Notes under the pieces: generated by a model | Seen by the model: only the letters and a program-made list of their open reading frames with translations | Databases searched by the model: none | What the model was told of the DNA's origin: nothing | Origin: an uncultured delta proteobacterium | GTDB taxonomy: Bacteria > Desulfobacterota > Binatia > Binatales > Binataceae | Length of the DNA: 64,000 nt | NCBI GenBank assembly: GCA_963756005.1 | Contig: CAVWMC010000008.1 | Coordinates: 438,541-502,540 of the forward strand | Direction: 5' to 3' | Part shown: in pieces, positions 1 to 9,434 of the stretch | How positions within the stretch are numbered: position 1 is the stretch's first letter | Layout: every line of letters begins with the position of its first letter | Made by a program: the position numbers and the translations under genes

Positions 1-970
1 GGCTCGCCCGCCAACGTCGCCGTATATTTCGCGCTGCTCAAGCCCGGCGACACCATCATGGGTCTCGCCCTGCCGCACGGCGGCCATCTGACGCACGGCT
101 GGCCGGTGAGTATCACCGGCACGTTCTGGAAGTCGGCGCAGTACGTGGTCGATCGCGAGAGTCACGTCGTCGATTTCGACCAGGTCCGCGCGATGGCGCG
201 CAAGGAACGGCCGAAAATAATCGTGACCGGCGGCACTGCGTATCCGCGCCTGTGGGACTTCAAGAGTTTCAGCGAAGTGGCCAAGGAAGTCGGCGCGCTG
301 CTGCTCGCCGATATTTCACATGTCGCAGGCCTCATCGTTGGCGGCGTCCATCCCGATCCTTCGCCGTACGCCGACGTGATCATGACGACCACGCACAAAA
401 CGCTGCGCGGCCCGCGCGGCGCGATGATCATGTGCCGCAACGAATACGCCGAGGCGATCGACAAAGCCGTCTTCCCCGGCCTGCAGGGCGGTCCGCATAA
501 TCACACGACGGCGGCGATCGCGGTCGCGCTGAAGGAAGCCGCGACGCCGGAGTTCAGGGACTACGCAAAAAAAGTCGTGAGCAACGCGAAGACGCTGGCC
601 GACGAACTGCTCGCGCGTGGCTTCAGCCTCGTCTCCGGTGGCACCGACAATCATTTGATACTGGTCGATCTGACGAGCAAGAAAGTCATCGGCAAGAAAG
701 GCGCGAAGGCGCTCGACGCCGCCGGCATCGTCTGCAACTACAACACCGTGCCCGTACGATCCACGCAAACCGTTCAGCCCCAGCGGTCTTCGCCTCGGCA
801 CGCCGGCGGTAACTTCGCGCGGAATGGGCGACGCCGAGATGCGCCAGATCGGAAAATTCATGGACGAAGCAATCTCACACGCCGGCGACGAAGCGGCGCT
901 AAGACGCATCGCCGCCGCCGTAACCGAGATGTGCCGAAAATTCCCGGCCCCGGGAATTTCGGTGAATTGA
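1..970 (+). CDS. glyA: Serine hydroxymethyltransferase (5'-partial; apparent +1 frameshift at ~751-753)
   Basis: Motifs GGHLTHG, TTTHKTLRGPRG, FPGLQGGP and GGTDNHL. Removing one C from gtgCCCgtac restores ...[27 protein letters not shown]...FPAPGISVN, ending at TGA 968-970. Confidence 0.95.
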
Positions 971-1104
971 CGTTCCAGCGTGTCCCGAAGGGTTGGGGAT
1001 TAGTTGATCATGCAATACACGCACCCTGATGGATGAAAGCGAACAGCAAATCTGTCACGCCCCTGAGAGCAAAGTAGCGCGCCGCGCGCAACTTTGCGCT
1101 TCTC

Positions 1105-1129
1105 ACTGGGTGCAGGGGTCACCCCTGCC
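1105..1129 (-). repeat. REP-like hairpin family A, partial copy
   Basis: Reverse complement is identical to 7770-7794 (ggcaggggtgacccctgcacccagt). Confidence 0.8.
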
Positions 1130-1194
1130 GCTCGCCGCGCAGGCGATTATGTGCCCGCCTTGACAGCACCCGCGGGGTGACGCGATAAACGCGG

Positions 1195-2274
1195 ATGGCA
1201 AAAGTAAAAATCGAACGCGGCCTCAATCTTGGCACGGCGTACACGCCCGACATGCAGGATGGCACCAAGCGGCCCGAGCCAACGTGGAGCGGGATTCGCG
1301 ACCAGGTGCGCGACGCCGATGCGCTCGGCTACGACGCAATCCTCGCGGTCGAAACCCAGCACGATCCGTATCTCGAGCTTGCGATCGCGGCGCAGGAACC
1401 GTCGAAGATTGAGCTGGCGACCGGTATCGCGCTCGCCTTCACCAAGAGTCCGGTCGCGACCGCGTACACCGCGTGGGATTTGCAGCGGATGAGTGGCGGG
1501 CGGCTGAACCTCGGCCTCGGCTCGCAGGTCAAAGGCCACGTGACGCGGCGCTTCGGGATGCCGTGGTCGAAGCCGGCGCAGCGGATGAAAGACTACGTCG
1601 GTGCGATGCGCGCGTGCTGGCGCACGTGGCAGACGCGCGAGCCGTTCAACTTTCAGAGCGAACACTACAATCTTTCGCTGATGACGCCGAACTTCGCGCC
1701 GCCACCGGTGTCGAATCCGCATATTCCCGTGCTGATTGCGGCGGTGCAGGAGCGGATGCTGCAAGTCGCGGGCGAAGTCTGCGACGGCGTGCGCCTGCAC
1801 GGCATCGTCACCCGCAAATACCTCGATCAAATCGCGTTCCCGAATCTGAAAAAAGGCTTCGACAAGTCAGGCAAGCCGGCCGCCGAATGGAACAATTTTG
1901 AAATCGGCGGCGGCGGCTTTCTGTGCGCCGGCAAAGACGCGGACGCGCTCGCTCGCGCCGTCGCCGGGATGAAATCGACCATCGCGTTTTACGGCTCGAC
2001 TCGCTCGTATCGTTCGAGCTTCGAGATCGACGGATGGGGCGACACCGCCGACAATTTGCACAAACTATCGGTGCAGCAGAAATGGCCCGAGATGGCGAAG
2101 CTGGTGACCGACGAGATGGTGCACGCGTTCGCGGCCGTCGGCACTTACGATCAGATCGCGGCCGTCATCAAGCAGCGCTTCGCCGGCGTCAACCGGCTCT
2201 CATTCGACATGCCGGTGAGGAACGAACACGATCGCGGCGTCCTCAAGGAGATCCTGCAGGACCTGCGCCGCTGA
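1195..2274 (+). CDS. LLM-class, probably F420-dependent oxidoreductase (TIGR03617/MSMEG_2256-like)
   Basis: Motifs ETQHDPYL, ATGIALAF, GRLNLGLGSQVKGH, EVCDGVRLH and IAFYGST, typical of this luciferase-like family. Confidence 0.85.
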   Translation: MAKVKIERGLNLGTAYTPDMQDGTKRPEPTWSGIRDQVRDADALGYDAILAVETQHDPYLELAIAAQEPSKIELATGIALAFTKSPVATAYTAWDLQRMSGGRLNLGLGSQVKGHVTRRFGMPWSKPAQRMKDYVGAMRACWRTWQTREPFNFQSEHYNLSLMTPNFAPPPVSNPHIPVLIAAVQERMLQVAGEVCDGVRLHGIVTRKYLDQIAFPNLKKGFDKSGKPAAEWNNFEIGGGGFLCAGKDADALARAVAGMKSTIAFYGSTRSYRSSFEIDGWGDTADNLHKLSVQQKWPEMAKLVTDEMVHAFAAVGTYDQIAAVIKQRFAGVNRLSFDMPVRNEHDRGVLKEILQDLRR

Positions 2275-2276
2275 CG

Positions 2277-2978
2277 TCATGCGAGCGGCGGGTTGATGTC
2301 GGACCACAGGCGGCGCATCAGCTCGATATGAGTCTCGACCGCCCACAGCGTTTCGGCCGCGGCGCTTTCGGGGATCGCGCGGAAGATCGAACCGGCGCTC
2401 GAGTCGCCGTGATCTTTGTCAACCTTGACGTGAACACTGAAGAACAACAGCGCGTCGTCGGAGAGCTTGTAGTGCCGGCTGAGCCCGTCGATCACTCGGA
2501 CGTACGCATCGGGATTGAACAGCTCGGAGCCGAGGCTGATGCCGGCCAGCGTCACGTACCACGGCTTCGACTCGGCCAGCCAGTACATCCAATGCATCAT
2601 CGCAGTCGCGTCGGCGGTCATGCTCGCGCTGAGCAGATCGGCGCGCGGGATTCCGATCGCTTCGCCGAATTCGAGGTAGAGCTCGGGATGCGATCGGTTG
2701 GCGCCGGAGACGCGGCCGAGTTCCTCTTCGATCAGATTCTCGACGATGGCCTTGCGCGCGGGAAAGTCGTCGCACTTGGCGTAGATGAGGCCGAGGATAT
2801 TGGCGTTGTGCGCCTTGTTGCCGATGAACAGTTGTGTCGCCCAATGCCGCAGCTGCGCCTCGGACAGTTCACCGCGCTCGATCTTCTCGATCGTCGGATG
2901 CGAGCGCAGCGTGCGATTGTTGCGCTCGAGTTTTTCGATCAGGCTTCTGAGCTGGCGCGTTCCTTTCTCGACGTCCAT
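2277..2978 (-). CDS. PqqC/TenA/CADD-like heme-oxygenase-fold diiron oxidase
   Basis: HP...GELS...W start; NLIEEE..SHPELY, GSE and FFSVHVKVDKDH metal-ligand pattern. Confidence 0.8.
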   Translation of the reverse strand: MDVEKGTRQLRSLIEKLERNNRTLRSHPTIEKIERGELSEAQLRHWATQLFIGNKAHNANILGLIYAKCDDFPARKAIVENLIEEELGRVSGANRSHPELYLEFGEAIGIPRADLLSASMTADATAMMHWMYWLAESKPWYVTLAGISLGSELFNPDAYVRVIDGLSRHYKLSDDALLFFSVHVKVDKDHGDSSAGSIFRAIPESAAAETLWAVETHIELMRRLWSDINPPLA

Positions 2979-2980
2979 GA

Positions 2981-4630
2981 TCAATTTCCTTGTGGCGCGG
3001 TGGCTCCGGGAGCCAACGCGGCGCGTTCGGCGGCAAGTTTCTCCGCGATGTCACGGCGCAGTTCAGACTTCCGTATCTTGCCGACGTTGGTGACCGGGAG
3101 TTCGCGCACGATCTCGATTCGCTCGGGCCATTTGAATTGGGCGACGCCGCGCGCCGCCAGAAACTCGCGCATCGCGTCGAGCGCGAAGGTGTCTCCATCA
3201 CGCAACGACAGATAGGCGCACGCTTTCTCGCCGAGAAGCGCGTCGGGCATCGCCACCACCGCGGCGGTGCGGACCGCGGGATGCGCAATGAGGTGCGCTT
3301 CGATTTCCTCCGCGTTGATCTTCTCGCCACCGCGGTTGATCAAGTCCTTGATTCTTCCTTCGACGACCAGGTTCCCGGACGGATCCTGCCGCACCAGGTC
3401 ACCGGTCCGGTAGAAGCCATCGGCGGTGAACGCTTCGCGATTGCGCTCGGGCGCACGGTAGTAGCCGCGGAGTGTGTAGGGTCCGCGACACCACAATTCG
3501 CCAACCGCACCGGCCGCCACATCTGTTCCCTCGGGATTCACGATCCGGATCTCGTCGGCGGGGGAGAGTGGACGGCCTTGAGTGGTGAAGGCGACTTCGT
3601 CGCGCTCATCGAGCCGCGTGTAGCACAACAATCCTTCGGCCATGCCAAGCACCTGCTGCACGGCGACCTGCGGCAGAGCGCGCTTGAGTGCGCGTGCGGT
3701 TGGCTCCTGGAGCCGCTGACCGCCAACCGTGATGACGCGCAGCGAGGCGAGGCTGCCACGCAACGATTCCGCAAGACCGAGCAGGCCGATCGCAATCGTG
3801 GGAACGCATGGCAGATGGGTGATCCGCTCACGCTGAATGACGTCGGCGAGATCAGCCGCCTTGGTGGACTGACTGAAGAACGTACGCGCGCCGCTGAGCA
3901 GCGCGCCGAGCAAGCCGGGACACGCCAGCGGGAAGTTGTGCGCCGCGGGAAGTGCAATCAGGATGCGCGATTCCGAGGTGAGGCCGCATACAGCGGCGGA
4001 CTCGCGCGCGTTGTACAGAAAGTCGGCGTGCGTGCGTGGAATAAGTTTCGGCATCCCGGTGGTGCCGCCGGAAAGGAGAAACAGCGCGACGTCGAATGGA
4101 TCGCGAGCCGAAGATGCAGGCGGGCGCGATGCGTCGCCATGCTCGTGCATCGGGATGCATCCTTCGGCCGGCAATGTAGAGAGGATGAGGCGAGACTTAA
4201 GATCGCGGGCGAGCGCGGCGTGATCGAACCCGCGATACTCGGGCGCAATCGCGATCGCCTTCGCGTCCGAGAACGACAGCAGGTATTCGAGTTCGGCGCG
4301 GCGAAAAGCCGGCAGCGCCATCACCGGAATCGCGCCAACTTCGAGGCATGCGATGGTCAAGGTCGCGAATTCGACGCAGTTGGGGAGCTGGATGACGATG
4401 CGGTTGTTGCGCTCGATCCCATTGCGAGAGAGGAGGGCGGCGAGGGTTCCCGCTTCAGCGATCAGTTGAGAATAGGTGATGCTTCGGGTCGAATCGGCGA
4501 CGGCGATGGAATCGGGACGATCGAGCGCCGCCGTTGCGATCGCGTGCGGTATGGTTTCGCGGCGCCAGATGCCCTCGCGGACGTAGCGTTCCGCAAAGTC
4601 GTCAGGGAATGGCGTGCATCCTTCGAGCAT
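2981..4630 (-). CDS. Aryl-acid adenylating enzyme (EntE/DhbE/salicylate-AMP ligase-like)
   Basis: Motifs LSGGTTGMPKLIPRTH, HNFPLACPG, QVLGMAEGL, GFYRTGD, INRGGEKI and VGKIRK. Confidence 0.88.
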   Translation of the reverse strand: MLEGCTPFPDDFAERYVREGIWRRETIPHAIATAALDRPDSIAVADSTRSITYSQLIAEAGTLAALLSRNGIERNNRIVIQLPNCVEFATLTIACLEVGAIPVMALPAFRRAELEYLLSFSDAKAIAIAPEYRGFDHAALARDLKSRLILSTLPAEGCIPMHEHGDASRPPASSARDPFDVALFLLSGGTTGMPKLIPRTHADFLYNARESAAVCGLTSESRILIALPAAHNFPLACPGLLGALLSGARTFFSQSTKAADLADVIQRERITHLPCVPTIAIGLLGLAESLRGSLASLRVITVGGQRLQEPTARALKRALPQVAVQQVLGMAEGLLCYTRLDERDEVAFTTQGRPLSPADEIRIVNPEGTDVAAGAVGELWCRGPYTLRGYYRAPERNREAFTADGFYRTGDLVRQDPSGNLVVEGRIKDLINRGGEKINAEEIEAHLIAHPAVRTAAVVAMPDALLGEKACAYLSLRDGDTFALDAMREFLAARGVAQFKWPERIEIVRELPVTNVGKIRKSELRRDIAEKLAAERAALAPGATAPQGN

Positions 4631-4636
4631 CGTCGC

Positions 4637-5299
4637 TCAGCGGGCGGAAAGAGTCCCCGCGATCATGCGGAAGCATTCGTCCATGATGCGGCCGCGCTGT
4701 TCGTAATCGCGCGCCGGCTCGTACCACGTGTAAAACCAGTTCATCGCACCAAACAGCAGCGACGTGAGGATTCGCGCCTGCTCGCGATCAAGAGTCTTGT
4801 TGCGATGCGCGGCGTAGGCTTCGAGCAGGCGGCGGCAGATGCGCGAGTACTCGCGCTTGAGGCGCGTGATGTCGGCGGCGTAGCGGCCAGTGAGAGAGTC
4901 CGCCTCGCGCACCAGCACTTTCATCTCGGCCAGATTGCTCATGTGATATTCGAGATGGCTGCGGATGAAGAGGCGCAGGCGCTCTTCGGGATCGTCGGTC
5001 GCCGACATCCGCGATTCGGCGAGCGAGACGAGTTGCTCGAACGCGCGCCGCGAGATCAGGTAGAGCAGCTCTTCCTTGTTGCGCAGGTAGTAGTAGATGC
5101 GGGGGAAGGAAATTCGCGCGCGCGCGGCGATGTCGCGAATCGAGGCGAGGCCGAAACTCTTTTCGGCGAAGACGGTGGCCGCGGCGCGAAGGATGTGATC
5201 GATGTTGGCGTCGTAGCGCTCCTCGGGCGCCATCGCACGCGCGGCGGGCTTGATTCGCGCGACGCGCTTGTGCGCTTCCTCGAGATTCGACTTTTTCAA
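4637..5299 (-). CDS. TetR/AcrR family regulator (KstR2/PaaR-like C-terminus)
   Basis: HTH ILRAAATVFAEKSF..SIRDIAARA..IYYYLRNKEELL; GAMNWFYTWY; TTG start with GAGGTG RBS. Confidence 0.88.
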   Translation of the reverse strand: MKKSNLEEAHKRVARIKPAARAMAPEERYDANIDHILRAAATVFAEKSFGLASIRDIAARARISFPRIYYYLRNKEELLYLISRRAFEQLVSLAESRMSATDDPEERLRLFIRSHLEYHMSNLAEMKVLVREADSLTGRYAADITRLKREYSRICRRLLEAYAAHRNKTLDREQARILTSLLFGAMNWFYTWYEPARDYEQRGRIMDECFRMIAGTLSAR

Positions 5300-5308
5300 T
5301 TCGTCACC

Positions 5309-6049
5309 TCAGCTGAAGCGGCGGCCGGCGGCCGGATCAGGAATCGGAATCTCGAGCTTGGTCAGCAGATTGTTGACCTCCTCGGTGAATTCATCGCGCA
5401 TCTGCTCGTTGCTGCGGCGCCGCAGGCCCCAGCGGACGTAGTCGAACTGGCGCTTGGATCCAGATTTTCCAAACATATCAAGTCCTGCGGGGTACCACTT
5501 TGCCAGGTGCTTCATCAACAGTTCGCGTCCGCGATCGCCTTCACGCTGCAAGTACCTGCGGATCAGCCGATAGCCGAACGCGGCGTGGCCGAGCTCTTCC
5601 TTATGCACGCGCTCCGCGATTCGCGCGAGCGGTTCATAGCTGCATCCGACCCATTCGAAGCCCATGTAGGCGCCTTGCCGATCGGCGAAGAAGCTGAAGA
5701 GGCCGTATTCGAGCCAATCTTCGGCCTGGTCGCGCATCTCGAAAATGTAAATCGGCATCGGCGACGCCATGAACTTTGCGTCAACGGTGACGCCGAGATC
5801 TTCGAGCAGCTTCATCCAGTAGCTCGCGTGACGGACTTCATCGGACCAGAACGCCGCGTACTCAGCCTTGTCTTCGGCTGTGGGAGCCAACGCGAGCGGT
5901 TTGATGAGAGTGCGCTCGGGGGCGAGCATGTATTCGGACTCGATCCGCGACTGGATCGACAGCATCCGGATCAAGAGATCCTTGTAGTCGGCGGGCAGGC
6001 CGTCGGGGCTCGAAAATCGGACGTCGGTCGCGGGCGCAGGATTACTCAT
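5309..6049 (-). CDS. PaaA/PaaC-family ferritin-like diiron protein (ring-epoxidase subunit-like)
   Basis: Motifs APT, DEVRH, FADRQG, CSYEPLAR, KEELGH, WYPAGLDMFG and WGLRRRSN. The diiron ligands appear intact. Confidence 0.82.
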   Translation of the reverse strand: MSNPAPATDVRFSSPDGLPADYKDLLIRMLSIQSRIESEYMLAPERTLIKPLALAPTAEDKAEYAAFWSDEVRHASYWMKLLEDLGVTVDAKFMASPMPIYIFEMRDQAEDWLEYGLFSFFADRQGAYMGFEWVGCSYEPLARIAERVHKEELGHAAFGYRLIRRYLQREGDRGRELLMKHLAKWYPAGLDMFGKSGSKRQFDYVRWGLRRRSNEQMRDEFTEEVNNLLTKLEIPIPDPAAGRRFS

Positions 6050-6115
6050 TCGATTGCTCTGTGGTCCGGTTCTTGGCTTGATGTTCTGAACGATAGTTCA
6101 GATGGCGGCGCAATA

Positions 6116-6874
6116 TCAACCCGCCATCGTCAGGCCGCCGCTCACGCTCAGCACCTGGCCGGTGACGAAGTCCGAATCGGAACTGGCGAAGAAAGCGACT
6201 GCGCCGGCCAGGTCCGCGGGCTGGCCGAGGCGGCGAAACGGGATGCCGCGCGCCATCGCGTCGAGCACCTTCTCTCGCCCGGCCATCGCGGTCTTGAGCA
6301 GATTGGTGTCGGTTGGGCCGGGGCAGACGACGTTGACGTTGATGTGATTGGCGGCGAGCTCGCGCGCGAGGGTTTTCGAAAAGCCGATGATCGCGGCCTT
6401 GCATCCCGCGTACACCGCTTCGCCGCTGGAGCCGACGCGGGCGGCGTCGGAAGAGATCGAGATGATTTTGCCGGAGCTTCGCGATTGCATGCGGGGCGCA
6501 ACGGCTTTGCAGCAGTTGAGCATGCCGCGATAGTTGATCGCGATCACCTTGTCCCAAAAATCGGGGGTGGACTCGACGAATGGCATCAAAACGTCCCAGC
6601 CGGCGTTGTTGACGAGGATGTCGATTGGTCCCAGTTCGCGCTCGACGCGATCGGCAGCGGCGAGCGCGTCGTCGAGTTTGGTGACGTCGAGCGCGACTGC
6701 GATTGCGGTGCCACCGCCGGCGCGAATTTCGGCCGCGGCCTGCTCGGCAGCATCGAATTGGATGTCCGCGAGAGCGACTTTTGCGCCTTCGTCGGCGAGT
6801 CGCGCCACGATTGCGCGCCCGATTCCCTGGGCGGCGCCGGTTACGATTGCAACTTTGCCTGCGAGGCGTGCCAT
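6116..6874 (-). CDS. Short-chain dehydrogenase, BadH-like (2-hydroxycyclohexanecarboxyl-CoA dehydrogenase family)
   Basis: Motifs TGAAQGIG, NNAGWD, SDAARVGSSGEAVYAGCK, CPGPTDT and GQVLSVSGGLTM. Confidence 0.85.
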   Translation of the reverse strand: MARLAGKVAIVTGAAQGIGRAIVARLADEGAKVALADIQFDAAEQAAAEIRAGGGTAIAVALDVTKLDDALAAADRVERELGPIDILVNNAGWDVLMPFVESTPDFWDKVIAINYRGMLNCCKAVAPRMQSRSSGKIISISSDAARVGSSGEAVYAGCKAAIIGFSKTLARELAANHINVNVVCPGPTDTNLLKTAMAGREKVLDAMARGIPFRRLGQPADLAGAVAFFASSDSDFVTGQVLSVSGGLTMAG

Positions 6875-6901
6875 TGCTTCACTTCAACTGGCGCACTTTA
6901 T

Positions 6902-7658
6902 CTAACTTGCAATCCAGCCGCCGTCGATTATGAACGGTGCGCCGGTGGCGAACGGCGCTTCGTCGCTCGCGAGAAACAGCGCGGTGTGCGCGATTTCGTC
7001 CGGATTGCCGACGCGCCCGAGCACCGAACTGCGCTGGATAAACCTTGGCTGTAGTCCGTCGGGCCCGGTGATTCGATCGACCATCGGCGTGTGGATTACG
7101 CCGGGGCAGATGCAGTTGACGCGAACGTTGTAGCGGCCGTACTCGAGCGCCGCGACGCGCGTCAGAGAGATCACGCCGGCTTTGGCGGCGCAGTATGCAG
7201 CCGCGCCCTTGAGCCCGACGATTCCCGCGACCGACGCAGTGTTGATCACGGAGCCGCCGCCGCGCTCGACGATTCGCGGCAGTCCGTATTTCATTCCGAG
7301 CCATACGCCGCGCAGGTTGATCGCGATCACGCGGTCGAAGGCCTCTTCGCTGAGCTGCGCGATGAAGCCGGACTCGCCTTCGATGCCGGCATTGTTGTAG
7401 AGGACGTCGAGTCCGCCGAAGGCGCGTACCGTTTCTTCGACCATCGCGCGCGAGTCTTCGGAGTCGGACACGTCCGCGCGCAATCGAAATGGCCTCGCCG
7501 CCCGACGATTTGATCATCCGCGCGGTTTCGGCGGCGGACGCCTCAGTTACGTCGATCGCGGCGACTTTCGCACCTTCGCGCGCGAACAGCACTGAGGCCG
7601 CACGCCCCATCCCAGAGCCAGCGCCGGTGATCAGCGCTACTTTTCCTTTGAGTCTCAT
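6902..7658 (-). CDS. Short-chain dehydrogenase/reductase (apparent +1 frameshift at ~7480-7487)
   Basis: N-half TGAGSGMG (ORF 6879..7658) continues as RADVS..NNAG..YCAAK..IDGG in ORF 6902..7483. Confidence 0.85.
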
Positions 7659-7725
7659 TGGTACCGCTCCATTTTGAGCGGAGACTAGCGCATTTTGATG
7701 GGATGCGGTTAGCGGGACTCAATTC

Positions 7726-7794
7726 ACTTGATTGAATGTGAAACCCACCGTGGGTTTCACGCTTCCTTGGGCAGGGGTGACCCCTGCACCCAGT
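7726..7794 (+). repeat. REP-like two-hairpin element family A
   Basis: gtgaaaccc-N5-gggtttcac-gcttccttgg-gcagggg-tga-cccctgc; near-identical copy at 33794-33860. Confidence 0.85.
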
Positions 7795-7800
7795 ATTCAG

Positions 7801-7840
7801 AAAAGACGGGGTCGCAGCTTTTGACGGCCGCGACCCCGCC
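7801..7840 (-). terminator. Rho-independent terminator of the Spy/CpxP gene
   Basis: Minus strand ggcggggtcgcggc-cgtcaaaa-gctgcgaccccgtc stem followed by TTTT. Confidence 0.7.
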
Positions 7841-7868
7841 GGGTCCGAGGGAGGTATCGGACTGGTTG

Positions 7869-8414
7869 CTACTCGGTCGGGGTTGAATCGCTCGAGCTGC
7901 CACTTTGCGCCCACAGCGCTTTCATCTCGGCGTGGATCGAATCGAGTTTGGCCTTGGTCGCGGAGATTTGCGCGAGCTGCGTGGGAGTCAGCACGTTGCG
8001 AATCGCGATCGCGTCCTGAATCTGCTCGTTCGTCATCTGATCCTGAATTTGAGTCATCGTCGCAACCGGGCTGGCCAGGTCGCTGGCTGCGACCGTGCCG
8101 GTGGACGTGAACTTGGCCGCGATTGCTTCCTTGGCGGCGTGGAGCTGCTGATATTCAGTCTTGCGCGCGGCGCGGCGGTTTTCGAAGATAGTGTGAATCT
8201 GCTGCTTCTGCGCGTCGGTCAGGTTGGCGGTCCTCAGCAACAACGGCAGCGGCACGCCGAGCGCATCCATGCCGCCGTGCATGCCATGAAAGCCGTGATG
8301 CCCCATCGGGCCGCTCATTCCGCCGGAGCTCGATGAAGCGACGTGTGCGACGGCGGCAACCAGAACGATCGCCAGGATTGCGGGAACGATACCGCGAGAC
8401 AACTTCGATACCAT
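7869..8414 (-). CDS. Spy/CpxP family periplasmic chaperone
   Basis: Signal peptide, G/M/H-rich linker, two LTXXQ motifs (LTDAQ, LTPTQ); ATG 8414 with AAGGAG RBS. Confidence 0.85.
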   Translation of the reverse strand: MVSKLSRGIVPAILAIVLVAAVAHVASSSSGGMSGPMGHHGFHGMHGGMDALGVPLPLLLRTANLTDAQKQQIHTIFENRRAARKTEYQQLHAAKEAIAAKFTSTGTVAASDLASPVATMTQIQDQMTNEQIQDAIAIRNVLTPTQLAQISATKAKLDSIHAEMKALWAQSGSSSDSTPTE

Positions 8415-8475
8415 AAAAAACACTCCTTGTATGGAGCGGCCTCCTTGATTGGCGGCATTCGCTCTCACCTAACTG

Positions 8476-8500
8476 TACGTTAATCCGGAAAACCGGTTAC
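8476..8500 (-). promoter_or_regulatory. Putative ECF sigma promoter
   Basis: Minus strand GTAAC-N16-CGTA upstream of the Spy/CpxP gene. Confidence 0.5.
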
Positions 8501-8522
8501 GCACGCCGCATCCGGACCTCGA

Positions 8523-9371
8523 TTAGCTACGGCGGGTCGCCATCAGCCGGTTCGCGTCGGCGAAGTTGATTGCGCCGTCGAGCGTCGAATCGTATGTGCC
8601 AGCACTCAACAATTCTGCCACGGTCCTTTTCAATGCCGATATGGCGTTTAGCGTCAGCCGTGTGCCGAGACTCAGCCGCGCGACGCCGAGACGCTCGAGT
8701 TCGTCGATCTTCGGGATGCCGGGGAAGGCGAGCAGGTTGAGCGGGCCGTCGAGTGCCGGGACTATTCGCTCGATGTCGGCGCGACGAACGACGGCTGGCA
8801 GGAACAAGCAATCGGCGCCGGCCTTGCGGTAGGCGTTGGCGCGGCGGATGGCATGCTCGAAGCGCGAAGCGGGATCGCCGACGCCGAGCAGGTACACGTC
8901 GGTGCGGGCGTTGATGACGAGTGGCACGCCAGCGGAGTCGGCGGCCGCGCGCGCGGCGCGAACGCGATCGACCGCGACGTCCAAATCGTAGAGCGAATGA
9001 GTACCGTCGTGAACCTGGTCTTCGAGGTTGATGCCGACGGCGCCGGCGTCGATCACTCGGCGAACGGTTTCGGCGAGGTCGCGAGCGTCATGTGCAAAGC
9101 CGGATTCGATGTCGGCAGTGACGGGAATCGTCACGACGCGAGCGATACGCGCAATCGCGGCGATCATCTCGTCGCGCGGCATCGCCTCGCCGTCCGGATA
9201 GCCGACTGAGAACGCGACGCCGGCGCTGGTGGTCGCGATTGCGCGCGCGCCGGCTTCTTCGATTACGCGCGCGCTCATTGCGTCCCATGCGTTGGGCAGC
9301 ACTAAAATCCGCGAGCGATCGTGCATCGCTCGAAATGCTTCGGCCTTGGCTCGTTGGGTGTCGCGGTTCAT
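8523..9371 (-). CDS. Isocitrate lyase/PEP mutase family protein
   Basis: Motifs LPNAWD, ATTSAG, ADIESG, GINLED, INARTD and AGADC; GGAGG RBS. Confidence 0.88.
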   Translation of the reverse strand: MNRDTQRAKAEAFRAMHDRSRILVLPNAWDAMSARVIEEAGARAIATTSAGVAFSVGYPDGEAMPRDEMIAAIARIARVVTIPVTADIESGFAHDARDLAETVRRVIDAGAVGINLEDQVHDGTHSLYDLDVAVDRVRAARAAADSAGVPLVINARTDVYLLGVGDPASRFEHAIRRANAYRKAGADCLFLPAVVRRADIERIVPALDGPLNLLAFPGIPKIDELERLGVARLSLGTRLTLNAISALKRTVAELLSAGTYDSTLDGAINFADANRLMATRRS

Positions 9372-9434
9372 GGTGACCTCCTTGGCACTGTTGATTACAT
9401 ACAACACCGCGGCGGGCTTCGTGTGAAATCGCAA

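Noticed and set aside
1024-1045. ctgatggatgaaagcgaa resembling a hammerhead core
   Set aside because: Does not match CUGANGA and lacks the required three stems.
2990-7054. 1354-aa plus-strand ORF
   Set aside because: Antisense shadow of several well-supported minus-strand genes in high-GC DNA; no motifs.
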